DNA from: Eledone cirrhosa | Taxonomy: Eukaryota | Direction of reading: 5' to 3' | NCBI GenBank assembly: GCA_964016885.1 | Contig: OZ024740.1 | Span: 40,796,001 to 40,860,000, forward strand | Length of the DNA stretch: 64,000 bases | Part shown: positions 50,288 through 63,734 of the stretch, in pieces | Numbering within the stretch: the stretch's first letter is position 1 | How the letters are laid out: each line of letters begins with the position of its first letter | Translations under genes and position numbers: made by a program | The notes under the pieces: generated by a model | The model's input: the letters and a program-made list of their open reading frames with translations, nothing else | Databases searched by the model: none | Told to the model about the DNA's origin: nothing

Positions 50288-53200
50288 CTGAAATGGAGAG
50301 AAGGAAATCAAATTTTCATGCTGGAATAATTATAGCCTTCAATATTATCATTTAACATCTGTCTTCCTTTCTAGCAGTGATTGCCTCAATTTCTACTGTT
50401 TCATTATATAAATGGAAGGCTAGCAGACAAAGGGACTTTGGCAAAATTAACAAATGACTACATATGTAACACTGAGCTGGTATCGACTTGTATATGAAGA
50501 AGGGTAAAGTGATCCAAATGGAAGGAATTTGTGAAATACTGAAGTTAAACTGTAATACATGTCACCATGGAAACAAAATGATAAGATGAAATTACCCGGT
50601 GTGTAATTTCATGTGTGACACCATCAATACGCACTAACATGGCCTGTGTATCAGGATAAGCATCACAATCTTCCAGTTGTTGACTGTTGAATGGCTTATT
50701 CTGTTTATCTGGATCAGGATTCTACAAAAATAATAACGGAGTCGATAAAATTAAACCCCAAAACTGTCCAGATAAATTATTTCATTCTAAGTATTATTAC
50801 AATTACTATTTATACTTCAATATAAACCAAGAAATGGGTGTGTAATATTTTGATTTTCGTCCACTTCAAATTCTACATAAACAAGGTGCTAAAATATCTT
50901 GAGTGATTATTTCACAATGAAACGGTTTTATTTATGCATTTGCCTTGAGAACATCCCCACAAAGTTTTATTATTTTAACTTTTTAATACATGGTTGGTTT
51001 ATATTTGAGTATATACGGCAATAACAACTTTTTTTATTAATGATATCAATACAAAATTATGTGAAATCAATATTTTGATGAATTAGTTGGATATTGTTAT
51101 ATTGGATATATAACACCCTTCATTGAATACCTGTGCAGTCTACTTCATCATCACCTCCCCAATTTATTGTTGGGTAAGCTTGACTGTCAGTCCTGTTAAC
51201 TCCTTGCCTCTTAACTATGAGTGTAGTCGTGACATTAAAATGTCAATGAAAGTCGAAGCATGCCATAGGTCGTTTATTTGTAGTTGTTCGAGGGGTGCTC
51301 ATTTCTGATGTAAAATATTCAGTGATTGGATGAAACTTAGTTTAAACCAATCAGAGTGTTTTCATCATTGTCGTTTTAATGTCCACTTTTCCTGCAAGCA
51401 AGGGTTGGACAGGTCCACATAGACCACTGATCTCCCAGGGATCTGTGTCTCGCGTATGTATGGTCTCACATTTCACTGAGTGCACAGGAGAGGTCATGTC
51501 TTTGACACAACCGAAGGTTCGCCCCAACCTATTGTCTGGCAAGATTTCTATGGCTGGATGCCCTTGCTATCACCAACCACTTTACAATGTGTACTGGATG
51601 TATATATCGTGTAAATCACCAAACTAGGGAAGTTGTTATGGCCTTGACATGACTGAAGGGTCCTCCTGACTATAAGAGTACATTGCAATTAGTCGCTTTT
51701 AAAATGTGTTGCTCCCTTTTAAAGAGAGTGCAACACATTTTAAAAACGATAGTTTATATCAACAATGGTGTTTTAGTGAAACTGATTTAGTTGAAGCACA
51801 AAAGAAATACGATTCTTTTATTGGAAATGAACAGAATTTATCAGACATTGATTTAATGTCAGAATCTGACTCTGATGATGATATATTGATGAATTCAATT
51901 GAAAATGAAGACGATAGTGAATTCACATTGGATGCTGAGAAGAAAGAACTAGATTTTTTTTCTTTCAAATATATAATAAGGATTTGTTTAATGATGAGAT
52001 AAGAATAGTGGATTGTTCAAGCAGTAGGTTGACATCTTGTGTTTGTCAACTGTAGAGCTTCTGTTTTATAAGTAAAAAAGTTAAACTTTTGCAGGTCAAA
52101 ATGTTTTAATTGAAGGAATTTCATGCAAAAAATTGAACATTCTGGAAAAATATTCTGATAGAGCTGATTAATGTTAATTAAGAAAAAAAAAATCTAAAAT
52201 TAATATACGAAAAAAAAACTACTGACCCATTGTTCAGAGGTTAGATGAGATAATTTATTGTGTATCTCAGCAAGTTTTTCCTCTGATACAGCCATTTCAC
52301 CACGTGTATTGCCTTTGACAACAAGAGACCACATACATTTACTTCTCTTCGATAGATAGATTTCCAGTCTATAATATAAAGAAAGGAGACTGAGTATACA
52401 AACGAAAATGAATCTTTTGATGTTTAACCATGCACTCTTGTTTTATTCATAAAAAACATTTTTGAAATAAGAGAATAAATATATTGTTGACTCTAGGTTT
52501 TTTGGAGTCTATTTTACTTAATGAAGAAATAAAGATTGAATTGACAACAGTGTATTGGAAGAATAGAAGTTATTTTAAGCCTGGTAGGATTTGAACAAAG
52601 CATTTAAGAAAACTTGTAAGTTGGCTACACTGGTGACATGACAAAGTGTCTAGTCCACCCTGTAAGTAACAACAAAAAGCACCCAGTTAATATTGAAAGG
52701 TTGTCATACTGATGATACGACAAAAATCACTCAGTCCACCCTGTTAAATGGTTGGTGTTAGGAAGGGTATTCATCTGTTGCAATCAAACCAAAATACAGA
52801 TGCTTATGAGCAAGACATGGTCACCTGACCTGAATTGTCTCATAACATGACAACCTGTCTAAACATGGAAAAATAGACGTATGATGATGAATTACAGCAT
52901 TTACTCAGATATTCCACTATTTCTGGCAACTTACAATCTTCTAATATATATTAGTGAAATAAAGGTAGAAAAAGCCTTCATCTATATAAATATAAAGGTG
53001 TGTAATACTTTGATACTCACACATATGTAAAATTACAAACCCCTACCTGTTATCTGTTAGGGTCCATGTAGAATCTTGCATATTAATTGGATAATCAAGT
53101 TGTCCTGATAACAATTGATTACCATTCTTTAAACCAACATCAATGTACTCTGATTGAAGAGTTAAGTAAATTGATTCTTTTGGTGTTCCTTCTGGCAGCA

Positions 53201-54460
53201 AAAAATTAACAGTAATAGATTCTTCATTCTGCATCCATGTATATTCTGGAACTGGATGTAAAAGTTGAAAAATATTAATATATAGTCCAACCTATGCTAG
53301 CTTGGAAAAATGGACATAAAATGAAGATGATATAAATGATAGTATGTAAATTATATATACAGGGTGTGGACGATATTTGTTCGCAATTTTCAACTGTTAA
53401 TTTTATGCAAATTTTTTTTACTTCCGTTGTCACTCTTGTCTTTATAAAAACAGTGACTATATGTCCATTATTTATTTTCAGAATAATTGATTATGAATAA
53501 TTTTGAACCTCCAAATTTGTGGAAGAGACACGGAGTTCTTCTTGGAATCTGCGCCGGGAGGACAAATAAGATCAGAAGATCAACTCCCAGATCAACAGGT
53601 GGTTCGCTGTCTCATCCAAAGACGTGCCCAGAGTCATGCAGACAAAGTTTCCAGCGACAACATTGGTCTTAGGTGTCGTCAACAGTCAAGGTGACGTCAT
53701 GCCACCTCACTTCTTCCCTGAGGGCCTCAAGCTGAACACCGATGGCTACATCTGCGTTCTGAGCGAGGTAGTAAAGCCCTGGATCGACCAGGTAGCTGCA
53801 GGTAGGCCGTACGTGTGGCAGCAAGACTCAGCACCCTGCTATACCAGCCGAAAGACTCAAGCCTGGCTGTCAGAGAACTTCGTCGATCACACATCACCTG
53901 ACATCTGGCCTCCCAGCTCGCCTGACTGCAACGCCCTCGACTTTTTTGTGTGGGGCGCAGTGGAACGAGACACCAACAGATCTAGCTGCAATACGAAAGA
54001 CGATCTGAAGGCCAGGATCACAAGTGCCTTTAGAGGCCTAAGTCGGAGGACAGTGATGAAGGCCTGTAGCCGGTTCCGAGGCCGCCTTGAGGCCGTCATC
54101 AAAGCCAATGGTGGGTTTATCGAGTGAGGTCGAAAGACCAAGTCATGAAGACCAACTGACCCAAGTTTGATAAATAAATCTTAAAAAATAAAACTACTGT
54201 GTTATTTTTTCCTAGACAGTAATCTTGCGAACAAATATTGTCCGCACTCTGTATATATATTGAAGGAAGTGTGGTAAGGAACCAGGTGGACCATAACGCA
54301 CCAGAGTACTTGATACTTTGGGTAGTAGAGTGGGTAATAGGAAAAGGTTCAAGATCCCGACGGCAGAGCTCCAGCCGTTTCGACGGCTATTTCTAGACTC
54401 AAGTCCAGAAATAGCCGTCGAAACAGCTTGATCTCTGCCGTCAGGGCCTGAACCTTTTCC

Positions 54461-54496
<36 letters not shown>

Positions 54497-57400
54497 CATA
54501 CATACATAATATATATATATGATATACAAGGCGCATGGCTTAGTGGTTAGAGCATTGGACTTGCAATCGAAAGGTTGTGAGTTCAATTCTCAGACCGGGT
54601 GATGTGTTGTTTCCTTGAGTAAGACACTTTATTTCACATTGCTCCAGTTTACTCAGCTGTAGAAATGAGATGATAGGGACTGGGGTCCATATCATTCCAC
54701 TGTAAAGTGGTCGTGGAGGTGCCACGGCAAAAAAGCACCCAGTAAATGAGGTTGGTGTTAGGAAGAGCATCCAGCTGTAGAAATCAAGCCAAAATCAGTT
54801 CCTGTATGAGCAAGACAAGGTCAGCCAACCGGACATTGCCCACAACAGGCAACCCGTCTAACCCATGCTAGCGTGGAAGAATGGACGTAAAATGGTGATG
54901 ATGAACACACACATACACATATATATCATGCTAACATGGAAAATGGATGTTAAACAATGATATATATATATATAAATTCTATGTATACATGTTATAGCTT
55001 AATTGCTATAAATTATTGTTTTGTATTGTCTCTTACACCATGGACAGCATTTTGCCTCGTGTCAGACGCTGTGACCCCAGGTGGACCAGCAGTACCATTG
55101 GTAGGGGTCGAAACTGCCTTAAGTCCATCTCAATGGCTGAAGACTCTGTTCTGAATTCTGAGTCTTTCGTTTGTATTTTTATTTAAAAAAAATAATTTTT
55201 TATATATATTCGAAGTAGAGTTTAAATATTCTTTATTATGGTTAAGCAGCCAAAATAAAGGAATATATATATCCCAAAACAGGTTTTTTTCTCAAAATAA
55301 AAAAAAAAATTTTTTTTTTTTTTTCTCACTCTCCTTTATCTTTCTATTTCTTCTTTTATTTTCACTAATGTCTGAAATGTTAAAACTATGTTCCTACTAT
55401 ATCAAGCATTAAACTAACATAAGTCTTCATTGTACTGTGTCATTGGCTGTGTTGTTTTCTGTTTACTTTTTGCTTACACACACACCCATATAGAAATATA
55501 TATATATATGTAATAGTAATTTACGTGAACGGCAAAGCATAAACGAACTAAGGAAAAAATTAGAAATAAGAGGGATCAGATGTTGTTTACTCAAGAGAAG
55601 GCTACGTTGGTATGGTCACGTGATGCGCATGAAAGACGACAGCTGTATAACAAAGTGCAGGGCAATAAAGATAGACGGTAGCCACGGAGTAGGCAGACCC
55701 AGAAAAACCTGGGATGAGCTGATAAATTCCAACCTCACACATTTACACCTCTCCAAGACAATGTCACTGGACCGAGACATTTGGCGGTACTCAGTAATAG
55801 AGAAGACCCGCCTTACCTAAATACAAAGTAAAACCTACTACAGTCAGTAGGCATCTCTAACAAAATACACCCCCGTCCCACTACCCCCACCCCATCCACA
55901 GCGCCCCTTCAATGTAAAGTTATGTTGGTGCCACAACATCCAGGCCGAAACAAATGAGATCGTGTAGGTGTCACGACAAAAAACACACAGTCCACGCTGT
56001 AATGTGGCCGTGTAGGCAACACGGTAAAAACCTCCCAGCCCCACACTGTAAATGTGGTTGGTGTTAGGAAGGGCATCCAGCTGTAGAAAACCCGCCAGAC
56101 AGTCCTATGCGAGCAATAACAACCACTCTTGCCTCAAGTGGGAAAACTCCCGTCCAAACCCATGCAAGCGTGGAACATGGACGTTAAACGATGATGATGA
56201 TGATATATGTATAATTATCATCATCATCATTTTACGTCCGCTTTTCCCTGCTTGCAAGGGTGGGACAGGAGCTGATTCTGGCTTGATTTCTAAAGCTGGA
56301 TGCCCTTCCTAACACCAACTTCATTTACAGTGAGTGCTGGGTGCTTTTTTTCTGTGGCGTCTACACGACCACTTTACAGTGTGGGCTGGATGCTTTTTTC
56401 TGTGGCACCTCCACGACCACTTTGCAGTGGAATGATAGGGACCCCAGTCCCTATCATCTCATTTCTACAGCTGAGTAAACTGGAGCAATGTGAAATAAAG
56501 TGTCTTGCTCAAGGAAACATATCATCATCATCATCATCACCGTTTTATGTCCGTTCTTCCACGCTAGCATGGGTTAGACGGGTTGTCCTGTTGTGGGCAG
56601 TGTCTGGTCGGCTGACCATGCCTTGCTCATACAGGAACTGATTTTGGTTTGATTTATACAGCTGGATGCTCTTCCTAACACCAACCTCATTTACAGTGAG
56701 TGCTGGGTGCTTTTTTCCGTGGCGCCTACACGTCAACTTTACAGTGTGGGCTGGGTGCTTTTTTGCCGTGGCACTTCCACGACCACTTTGCAGTGGGAGG
56801 GTGTGGGGGCATATTGTCTATATGCTTCAGCTTGTACCCATGGGAGGTCGGGTACTCTGTATTACTGCGTGACGCCAGAGGTCACGGTCGTGTGTAATTG
56901 GGTAAGGTCGGCTTTTATCACCTCATCCCAGGTTTTCTTGGGTCTCCCCACTCCGCGGTTTCCAATGACTTCTAGTGCTCTGCACCTTTTTATGCAGCTA
57001 TCATCCTTCATACACATCACATGTCCATACCAACGCAACCGCCTCTCCTGCACACAGCATTTGATTCTTCTTATGCTCAGTCTCTCTCTCAATTCATTTA
57101 TGCTCTGCCGTTCGCGTATATTACTATTACACATCCATTGGAGCATGTAGGCTTCGTTTCTTTCTAATCTACGTAAGTCTTCCACCTTCAGCGCCCAGGT
57201 CTCACTACCATGTAACATTGCTGTTCGTATACATGCATCATACAGTCTGCCTTTCATTTTGAGGGAAAAGCTAGCAGTGACAGTAGTTCCCTGAATTTCT
57301 TCCATCCCGTTCTTACCCTATTGCACTGGGCCCTCTGCAGTGCGGGGCCCCACCAGCGACAGCCATAGCATTTTATTTATGCCCTCAACCGGGATTTTTA

Positions 57401-60400
57401 GTTTTAGGATAGTTAGAATTTTTTAATTTAATACCTGTATGTATAACTTCCAATTACTTGCGGCAAGCTAATTTTGGTATGTAAAAATGGGGGGTTTGCT
57501 ATGTACTCTAATTTTTTGTGTATGAGGGGCCCCCCAAACCTGAAGTGTGCTGGGTTCTGCAAGATCTAAACCCAACCCTGGATGTAGTCATAATGCTGTT
57601 TTGTACTTTTCAAGAATGTCTTGCTAATGCAGTTTCATGCAATACTGAATGTTAGGGAGTCAAAATCGGTTAATGGTAGCAACATTTATGAATTAACTCA
57701 ATATTTTGTACAATAATTCTCTCTCTCGTGTACACACTTGTTGGAAGATACAACAATTCTCTCTCTCTCTCTTGTACACACACATATTGAAAGATACTTA
57801 CTACAATCATCATTTAAGGGGTCTTTGACTTGTGATGTGTCTATTGGTCGCTCAGAATCATATATCATTTGAAATAATCTATCTCCTGCAATATAAATGG
57901 CTTTACCACTTTTTTCAAAAGCACAGCAATCAGCACTCCGAGAGCTACGTAACCTTCGAGTTTGTTTCACAGACCAAATTTGTTTATCATCTGAGATAAA
58001 AACAACAAAAGATGTAAAGACTCAAACTAAAACAATGAAGTTTAATGACAAGCAGTAAAGGTTAAAATACTGAAACACCTGTGGGTGTTGACATAATTCT
58101 CCTTGCATACATTTTACTCATCTCATTTTTATTTTATTTAATAAAATAAAAATGGCGTAAACTCAACACAATAGGAGGAAACATGAAAATAGTACCACTG
58201 ATGATGTTGCAGATGTGCAACGAAAGAACTTTGTTAGACTATATATAATAATAATATATTTATATCTGTATTTTTAACCATTGGTCAGTCAATGATAAAC
58301 ATTGATTGCCAAATAAATTAACTATGGAGATATAAAAGATACAGAAGCGAAAACCAACCAAACAGTGAGTCATCATCATCATCATCATCATCAGGTTTAG
58401 CGTCCGTGTTCCACGCTTGCATGGGTTTGGACGGGGGTTTTCCCACTTGAGGCAAGAGTGGTTGTCTTGCTCGCATAGGACTGTCTGGCGGGTTTTCTAC
58501 AGTTGGATGCCCTTCCTAACACCAACCACATTTACAGTGTGGGGCTGGGAGGTTTTTACCGTGTTGCCTACACGGCCACATTACAGCGTGGACTGTCTGG
58601 CGGGTTTTCTACAGCTGGATGCCCTTCCTAACACCAACCACATTTACAGTGTGGGGCTGGGAGGTTTTTACCGTGTTGCCTACACGGCCACATTTACAGC
58701 GTGGACTGTGTGTTTTTTGTCGTGACACCTACACGATCTCATTTGTCTCGGCCTGGATGTTGTGGGACCAACATAACTTTACATTGAAAGGGGCGGTGTG
58801 GGTGGGGTGGAGGTGGTGGGACGGGGGTGTGTTTTGATAGAGATGCCTACTGACTGTAGTAGGTTTTTACTTTGTATTTAGGTAAGGCGGGTCTTCTCTA
58901 TTACTGAGTACCGCCAAAGGTCTCGGTCCAGTGACATTGTCTTGGAGAGGTGTAAGCGTGTGAGGTCGGAATTTATCAGCTCGTCCCATGTTTTTCTGGG
59001 TCTGCCTACTCCGTGGCTACCGTCTATCTTTATTGCCCTGCACTTTGTTATACAGCTGTCGTCTTTCATGCGCATCACGTGACCGTACCAACGTAGCCTT
59101 CTCTCGAGTAAACAACATCTGATCCCTCTTATTTCTAATTTTTTCCTTAGTTCGTTTATGCTTTGCCGTTCACGTATATTACTATTGCACATCCAGCGGA
59201 GCATGCAAGCTTCGTTCCTCTCTAGTCTGCGTATATCCTCTGCACACAATGCCCAGGTCTCACTGCCATGCAGCATTGCTGTTCGTATGCAGGCATCGTA
59301 TAACCTGCCTTTCATTTTTAGGGAGAACCCTCTAGTGGCTAATAGTGGTATAAGCTCTCTGAACTTTTTCCATCCAGTTCTGACTCTAGCTACTGTACTT
59401 TCAGAGCACCCTCCCCCACTGCTGATTTTGTCACCCAGATAACGGAAGCTGTCCACTATTTCTATAGAACCCTCTGCGCAGTTGAAGGAGCTAGTATTTT
59501 GTGGGCACTTGCTGCTACTTATTGCACCAGAGCACCGGCCACATGTAAAATCTATGTTCTTAGTTAGCTTACCTGTGATCCCACTACATCTTTTATGCAC
59601 CCATACTTTGCATTTGGGACATAAAATGGAGTTTCTACCTACGTCTTTCCTACACACTGAGCATGGCCATTTCCCCGATGGGACCGCCGCCTTATTTTCT
59701 TTCCTACAAACTAGAACTTTAGTCTTAGCCAGGTTAATTTTAAGGCCTTTTGATTCTAGGCCGTGCTTCCACGTTTGGAATTTCTTCTCTAGTTCGGTCA
59801 TTGATTCAGCTATGAGCGTTAGATCATCTGCGTATAGGAGTTCCCATGGGCAGCCGGTCTTGAACTCCTCTGTTATAGCCTGAAGGGCAATAATAAATAG
59901 TAGGGGGCTAAGTACAGAGCCCTGATGGACACCAACTTTTACGCTAAACTCTTCACTATATTCGTTGTTAATTCTAACCTTACTGACTGTTTCTTTATAC
60001 ATGGCTTGTATAGCTCTCACAAGCCAATCGTCAACAGTGTGTTCTGTTATTAGTTCTGGCAATATTATTACAATATGACCCTCCTCAAGTATAACAATAT
60101 ATATATATATATATGAGCATAAATATAAACAACCTATACCATTGCTACCCCAGTGATACAAACCTGGTGAGTGTGGGAGAATGCTACTCTGTGAAATAAA
60201 CCTAGATAAATGAACTAAGTGATAAATTAGGTATAAGAGGGATCAGATGCTGTTTACTCGAGAGAAGACTACATTGGTATGGTCACGTGATGCGCATGAA
60301 AGACGACAGCTGTATAAAAAAGTGCAGGGCGATCAAAATTGACGGAAGTTGCGGAGTAGGCAGACCCAGAAAAACCTGGGACGATTTGATAAATTCCGAC

Positions 60401-61186
60401 CTTACACACTTGCACCTGTCTAAGACAATGTCACTGGACCGAGATCTTTGGCGCTACGCAGTAATACAGAAAACCTGCCTCGCCTAAGTACAAAGCGAAA
60501 CCTACAGTCAGTAGGCACCTCTTAATCTAATATACACCCCCCTCCTACTACCCCAACCCCCATCAACACCACCCCTTTCTCTGTAAAGTTATGTTGGTAC
60601 CACAACATTCAGTCCTAAATAAATGAGGTCGTGTAGGTGTCATGACAAAAAAACACAGTCCATGCTGTAATGTGGTCGTGTAGGTAACACGGTAAAAACC
60701 TCCCAGTCCACACTGTAAACGTGGTTGGTGTTAGGAAGGGCATCCAACTGTAGAAAACCTGCCAGACAGTCCCATACGAGCAAGATGACTAATCTTGCCT
60801 CAAGTGGGACAATTCCCGACTAAACCCATGCTAGCGTGGAAGATAGACGTTAAACGATGATGATGATGATAGTGTGGGAGAACTAACTCAAACTCTGGGT
60901 GATGTGTTTGCTAACAGCATTTTTTAATAATACAGCTATGCATACGCTTATATGATAATGGAATAAGGACAAAAAATTGCAATTATTTACCTGAAGATAG
61001 AGTTAACCATTCAAGGACAGTCATGAAGGTAGCATTAAACTTATCTTTCAATTCTTCATCAGCTTCATCAACGTGTAGTAACAGACATTCCACAAAATGA
61101 CTCTCATTTTCCGTATGAAATAAGGCATCACAGAGTATAAAAAGGCCACGATTTTCACCAAGTACATCAGATTTAGTGAAACGGAG
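49826..61186 (-). CDS. NUDCD1: NudC domain-containing protein 1, 3' part (exons 61186-60991, 57990-57802, 53251-53047, 52368-52227, 50721-50596, 50287-49826)
   Basis: Six exons splice in phase. They encode VLEWLTL, the CS domain (YTWMQNEESITVNFLLPE), HLTSEQW|NPDPDK..QQLEDCD, CLRHDVDGLVWQ and HVATFNAFGYVQASK, all matching recalled NUDCD1. Upstream exons not found in the window. Confidence 0.93.
50596..50721 (-). CDS. NUDCD1: NUDCD1 exon
   Basis: NPDPDKQNKPFNSQQLEDCD...; acceptor TTTTTGTAG, donor GTAATT. Confidence 0.9.
52227..52368 (-). CDS. NUDCD1: NUDCD1 exon
   Basis: LEIYLSKR...HLTSEQW; donor GTCAGT. Confidence 0.9.
53047..53251 (-). CDS. NUDCD1: NUDCD1 exon (CS domain)
   Basis: Acceptor TTTTACATCCAG, donor GTAGGG. 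Confidence 0.9.
53360..54251 (+). mobile_element. Internally deleted Tc1/mariner element of the maT (DD37D) type
   Basis: 27-bp TIRs (CAGGGTGTGGACGATATTTGTTCGCAA, 3 mismatches), TA TSD. ORF 53624-54127 has QQDSAP...WPPSSPDCNALD with 37 residues between the last two Asp. Confidence 0.9.
54529..54903 (+). mobile_element. tRNA-headed CORE-type SINE with RTE-shared 3' end
   Basis: A/B boxes (TGGCTTAGTGG, GAGTTCAATTC), CORE-like TCCTTGAGTAAGACACTT; 3' part matches the RTE 3'UTR at 22550-22719. Confidence 0.85.
55508..56203 (+). mobile_element. RTE LINE 3' end
   Basis: Near-identical reverse complement of 58370-59190, but with one copy of the 3'UTR segment that is duplicated there. Confidence 0.92.
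56218..57320 (-). mobile_element. SINE 3' part (56218-56520) adjacent to an RTE 3' fragment (56521-57320)
   Basis: ORF 56862-57305 (MLHGSETWAL..RLRWYGHV..GRPKKTW); (CAT)n tails. Confidence 0.85.
57802..57990 (-). CDS. NUDCD1: NUDCD1 exon (189 nt, phase 1-1)
   Basis: Acceptor TTTTATCTCAG, donor GTAAGT. Confidence 0.85.
58370..60036 (-). mobile_element. Young 5'-truncated RTE LINE with intact ORF segment
   Basis: ORF 58878-60161 from VDDWLVRAIQ onward is almost identical to 12862-13986; the ORF's N-terminus is flanking sequence. Confidence 0.95.
60207..60870 (+). mobile_element. RTE LINE 3' end (more diverged)
   Basis: ORF 60287-60487, 3'UTR, (GAT)n tail. Confidence 0.9.
60991..61186 (-). 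CDS. NUDCD1: NUDCD1 exon
   Basis: Acceptor CTAATCCATAG, donor GTAAAT; LRFTKSD...VLEWLTLSS. Confidence 0.85.
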
Positions 61187-62208
61187 CTATGGATTAGAAT
61201 AAGACAAATATATAATCATCCACAGCTACTTGACGTATAGGGGAAATATTCCCTTTTTCATAAAATATTCTATGAAGTATCTCATATAATTAAGGCAAGA
61301 AATTCAAAACACATAATTGAATTCAGAATGACATAAATAGCATTTTGGAGAATTATCCTTTTTCTTCTTTCTTGATCTGTAACTCCTGATGGAGTAGTAT
61401 TGGCACCGTCAGGACATATAGCATGTCTTTAGCATTTTAAACCTGGTGGAGTCCATCACCTTTCCAGGTCTGAAGACAGTTGATTTCTTCTAGAGAAAGA
61501 AGAACAAAGAATGACAGAAAGAAAGTGAGAAAGAGATATAGAGGAAGAACTCCAGGACTGGAATAACATGTTTTTATCAACCTTGAAAGGATGAAAGGCA
61601 AAGTTGATCATGGCAGGATTTGAACTCAGAGAGCTGGAATAAATACTGCAAAATGACACAGATATGTAGAAGTTTGTTAATCTTTTTGATACCAATCCAT
61701 CCTAAACCACCTCTGGTTCTCTGGAACAAAAGGTGCATATTTAAATAAAAATCTTTCAACATAATTTTAGAAAATTGCTCCAAATTCTTCATTAATTAAA
61801 AAATAGAGGACCAGTGTCATCAATAATAATAGTTTCTACTTTTGGCACAAGGCCAGCAATTAACCCAGTGCATTACTGGTACTTTATCAACCTCGTAAGG
61901 ACGAAAGGCAAAGTTAACCTTGGTGGGATTTGAACTCAGAATGCAAAGGGCCATAACTCTATGCTGTAAAGCATGGTGTCTGACGCTCTACCGATACTGC
62001 CAATCCACTGGCCAGTGTCATCAATAATAATGGCAATGGGGTTGAATGCATTTAATCTTAAGAGTCAAGGATTGATATGTCATATATACCAGGATTCAAA
62101 ATATTTAAACAATCATTTAAACTGGGAAATATGTGTTTTGAGAAACCCAAAAGTTTATATTGATTACTAACACGTGGAAGTAATTAAAAATAAAAATATT
62201 ACTTAAAT

Positions 62209-62378
62209 AATTGAAATAGAGATAAAAGGCTTCACCATAGCTTTTTGATAAAATAAAATAGTCTAACAGCGAGGTTTATAAACCCATCTTTTTCCATTCA
62301 GTAGGTTTATTCACTCTGTTATTAGACTATTTTATTTAGTCAAATGTTATGGTGAAGCCTTCTATTTCTATTTCAATT
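62209..62378. mobile_element. Palindromic MITE-like element
   Basis: AATTGAAATAGA..GGCTTCACCATA..AATAGTCTAA mirrored by TTAGACTATT..TATGGTGAAGCC..TCTATTTCAATT. Confidence 0.6.
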
Positions 62379-62459
62379 TTCAAACTTTGCTTGCCACTTT
62401 CTATACTATCTTTGATATTTTAATAATTTATTTCAAGGATATAATTACAAAAATGTCAG

Positions 62460-62491
<32 letters not shown>

Positions 62492-62504
62492 TATATATAT
62501 ATAT

Positions 62505-63051
62505 GTATAACAAAGTGCAGGGCAATAAAGATAGACGGTAGCCACGGAATAGGCAGACCTAGAAAAACCTGGGACGAGCTGATAAACTCCGACCTCACAC
62601 ACTTACACCTCTCCAAGACAATGTCACTGGACCGAGACCTTTGGCGGTACTCAGTAACAGAGAAGACCCGCCTTGCCAGTAGGCATCTCTAACAAAATAC
62701 ACCCCGTCCCACCACCACCACCCCCACCCCATCCACACCACCCCGTCCTATGTAAAGTTATGTTGGTGCCGCGCCATCCGGGCCGAAACAAATGAGATCG
62801 TGTAGGTGTCACGACAAAAAAACACACAGTCCACGCTGTAATGTGGCCGTGTAGGCAACACGGTAAAAACCTCCCAGACCCACACTGTAAATGTGGTTGG
62901 TGTTAGGAAGGGCATCCAACCGTAGAAAACCTGCCAGACAGTCCTATGCGAGCAAGACAATCACTCTTGCCTCAAGTGGGACTACCCCCGTCCAAACCCA
63001 TGCAAGCGTGGAACACGGACGTTAAACGTTGATGATGATGATGATGATGAT
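62505..63051 (+). mobile_element. RTE LINE 3' end within (TA)n
   Basis: TKCRAIKIDGSHG.., family 3'UTR, (GAT)n tail. Confidence 0.9.
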
Positions 63052-63734
63052 ATATATATATATATAGGATTAAATGTAAGAGTAACTTTAGAGAAATAAC
63101 TATTTACAAAGAAAAAATATAAGGACATTGTGATTGGAAAGTGAACTTCTTATTTTAGCAACATGATTGAGATAGAAAATGCATTGTGTGTGTGTGTAAA
63201 TTTTAAAGAGTTACAAACTGATATATATATGGCATATTATTATGGTTGGTATGGTAATGAAAGGTTTAATACAATATAGATTAGATATAATATTGGCGGC
63301 TCTATAAGAAACTGCAAATATTTACTAAACATCATCATCATTTAACAGCCATGTTCTTTGCAATCAAGGGTTGGACTATATGTATAGAATGTAAAATATA
63401 ATTACATAAACCTACAGTGTAATACATTAGATTTCATGTACAGATTTATCATAATCATTGCCAGTTTTATAATTATTTTTATTTGTCCAATCACATATTT
63501 AGATATGTACAAAAACGTATTTTAGAGTATAAGAGAAAATCGAAAATAAAGTTGTTGATTGTTCTCTTGTCTTACATAATGGTAATAATGTCATTATTGT
63601 AGCAGTAATATTACCATTATTAATCGTAATTATTAATGGCAATATTACCACAGCTGCTATATATATTTATAAGAAAACACAATCTTTATAATAATAATTT
63701 CTAACATAAGCACAAGTCTAGCAATTTGAAGGGA

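Noticed and set aside
51706-52002. 98-aa acidic ORF inside a NUDCD1 intron
   Set aside because: Possibly a transposase remnant, but no motif, TIR or splice support that I can identify.
60037-60161. Apparent N-terminal extension of the 427-aa RTE ORF
   Set aside because: Flanking host sequence that happens to be in frame upstream of the truncation point; it includes a (TA)n run.
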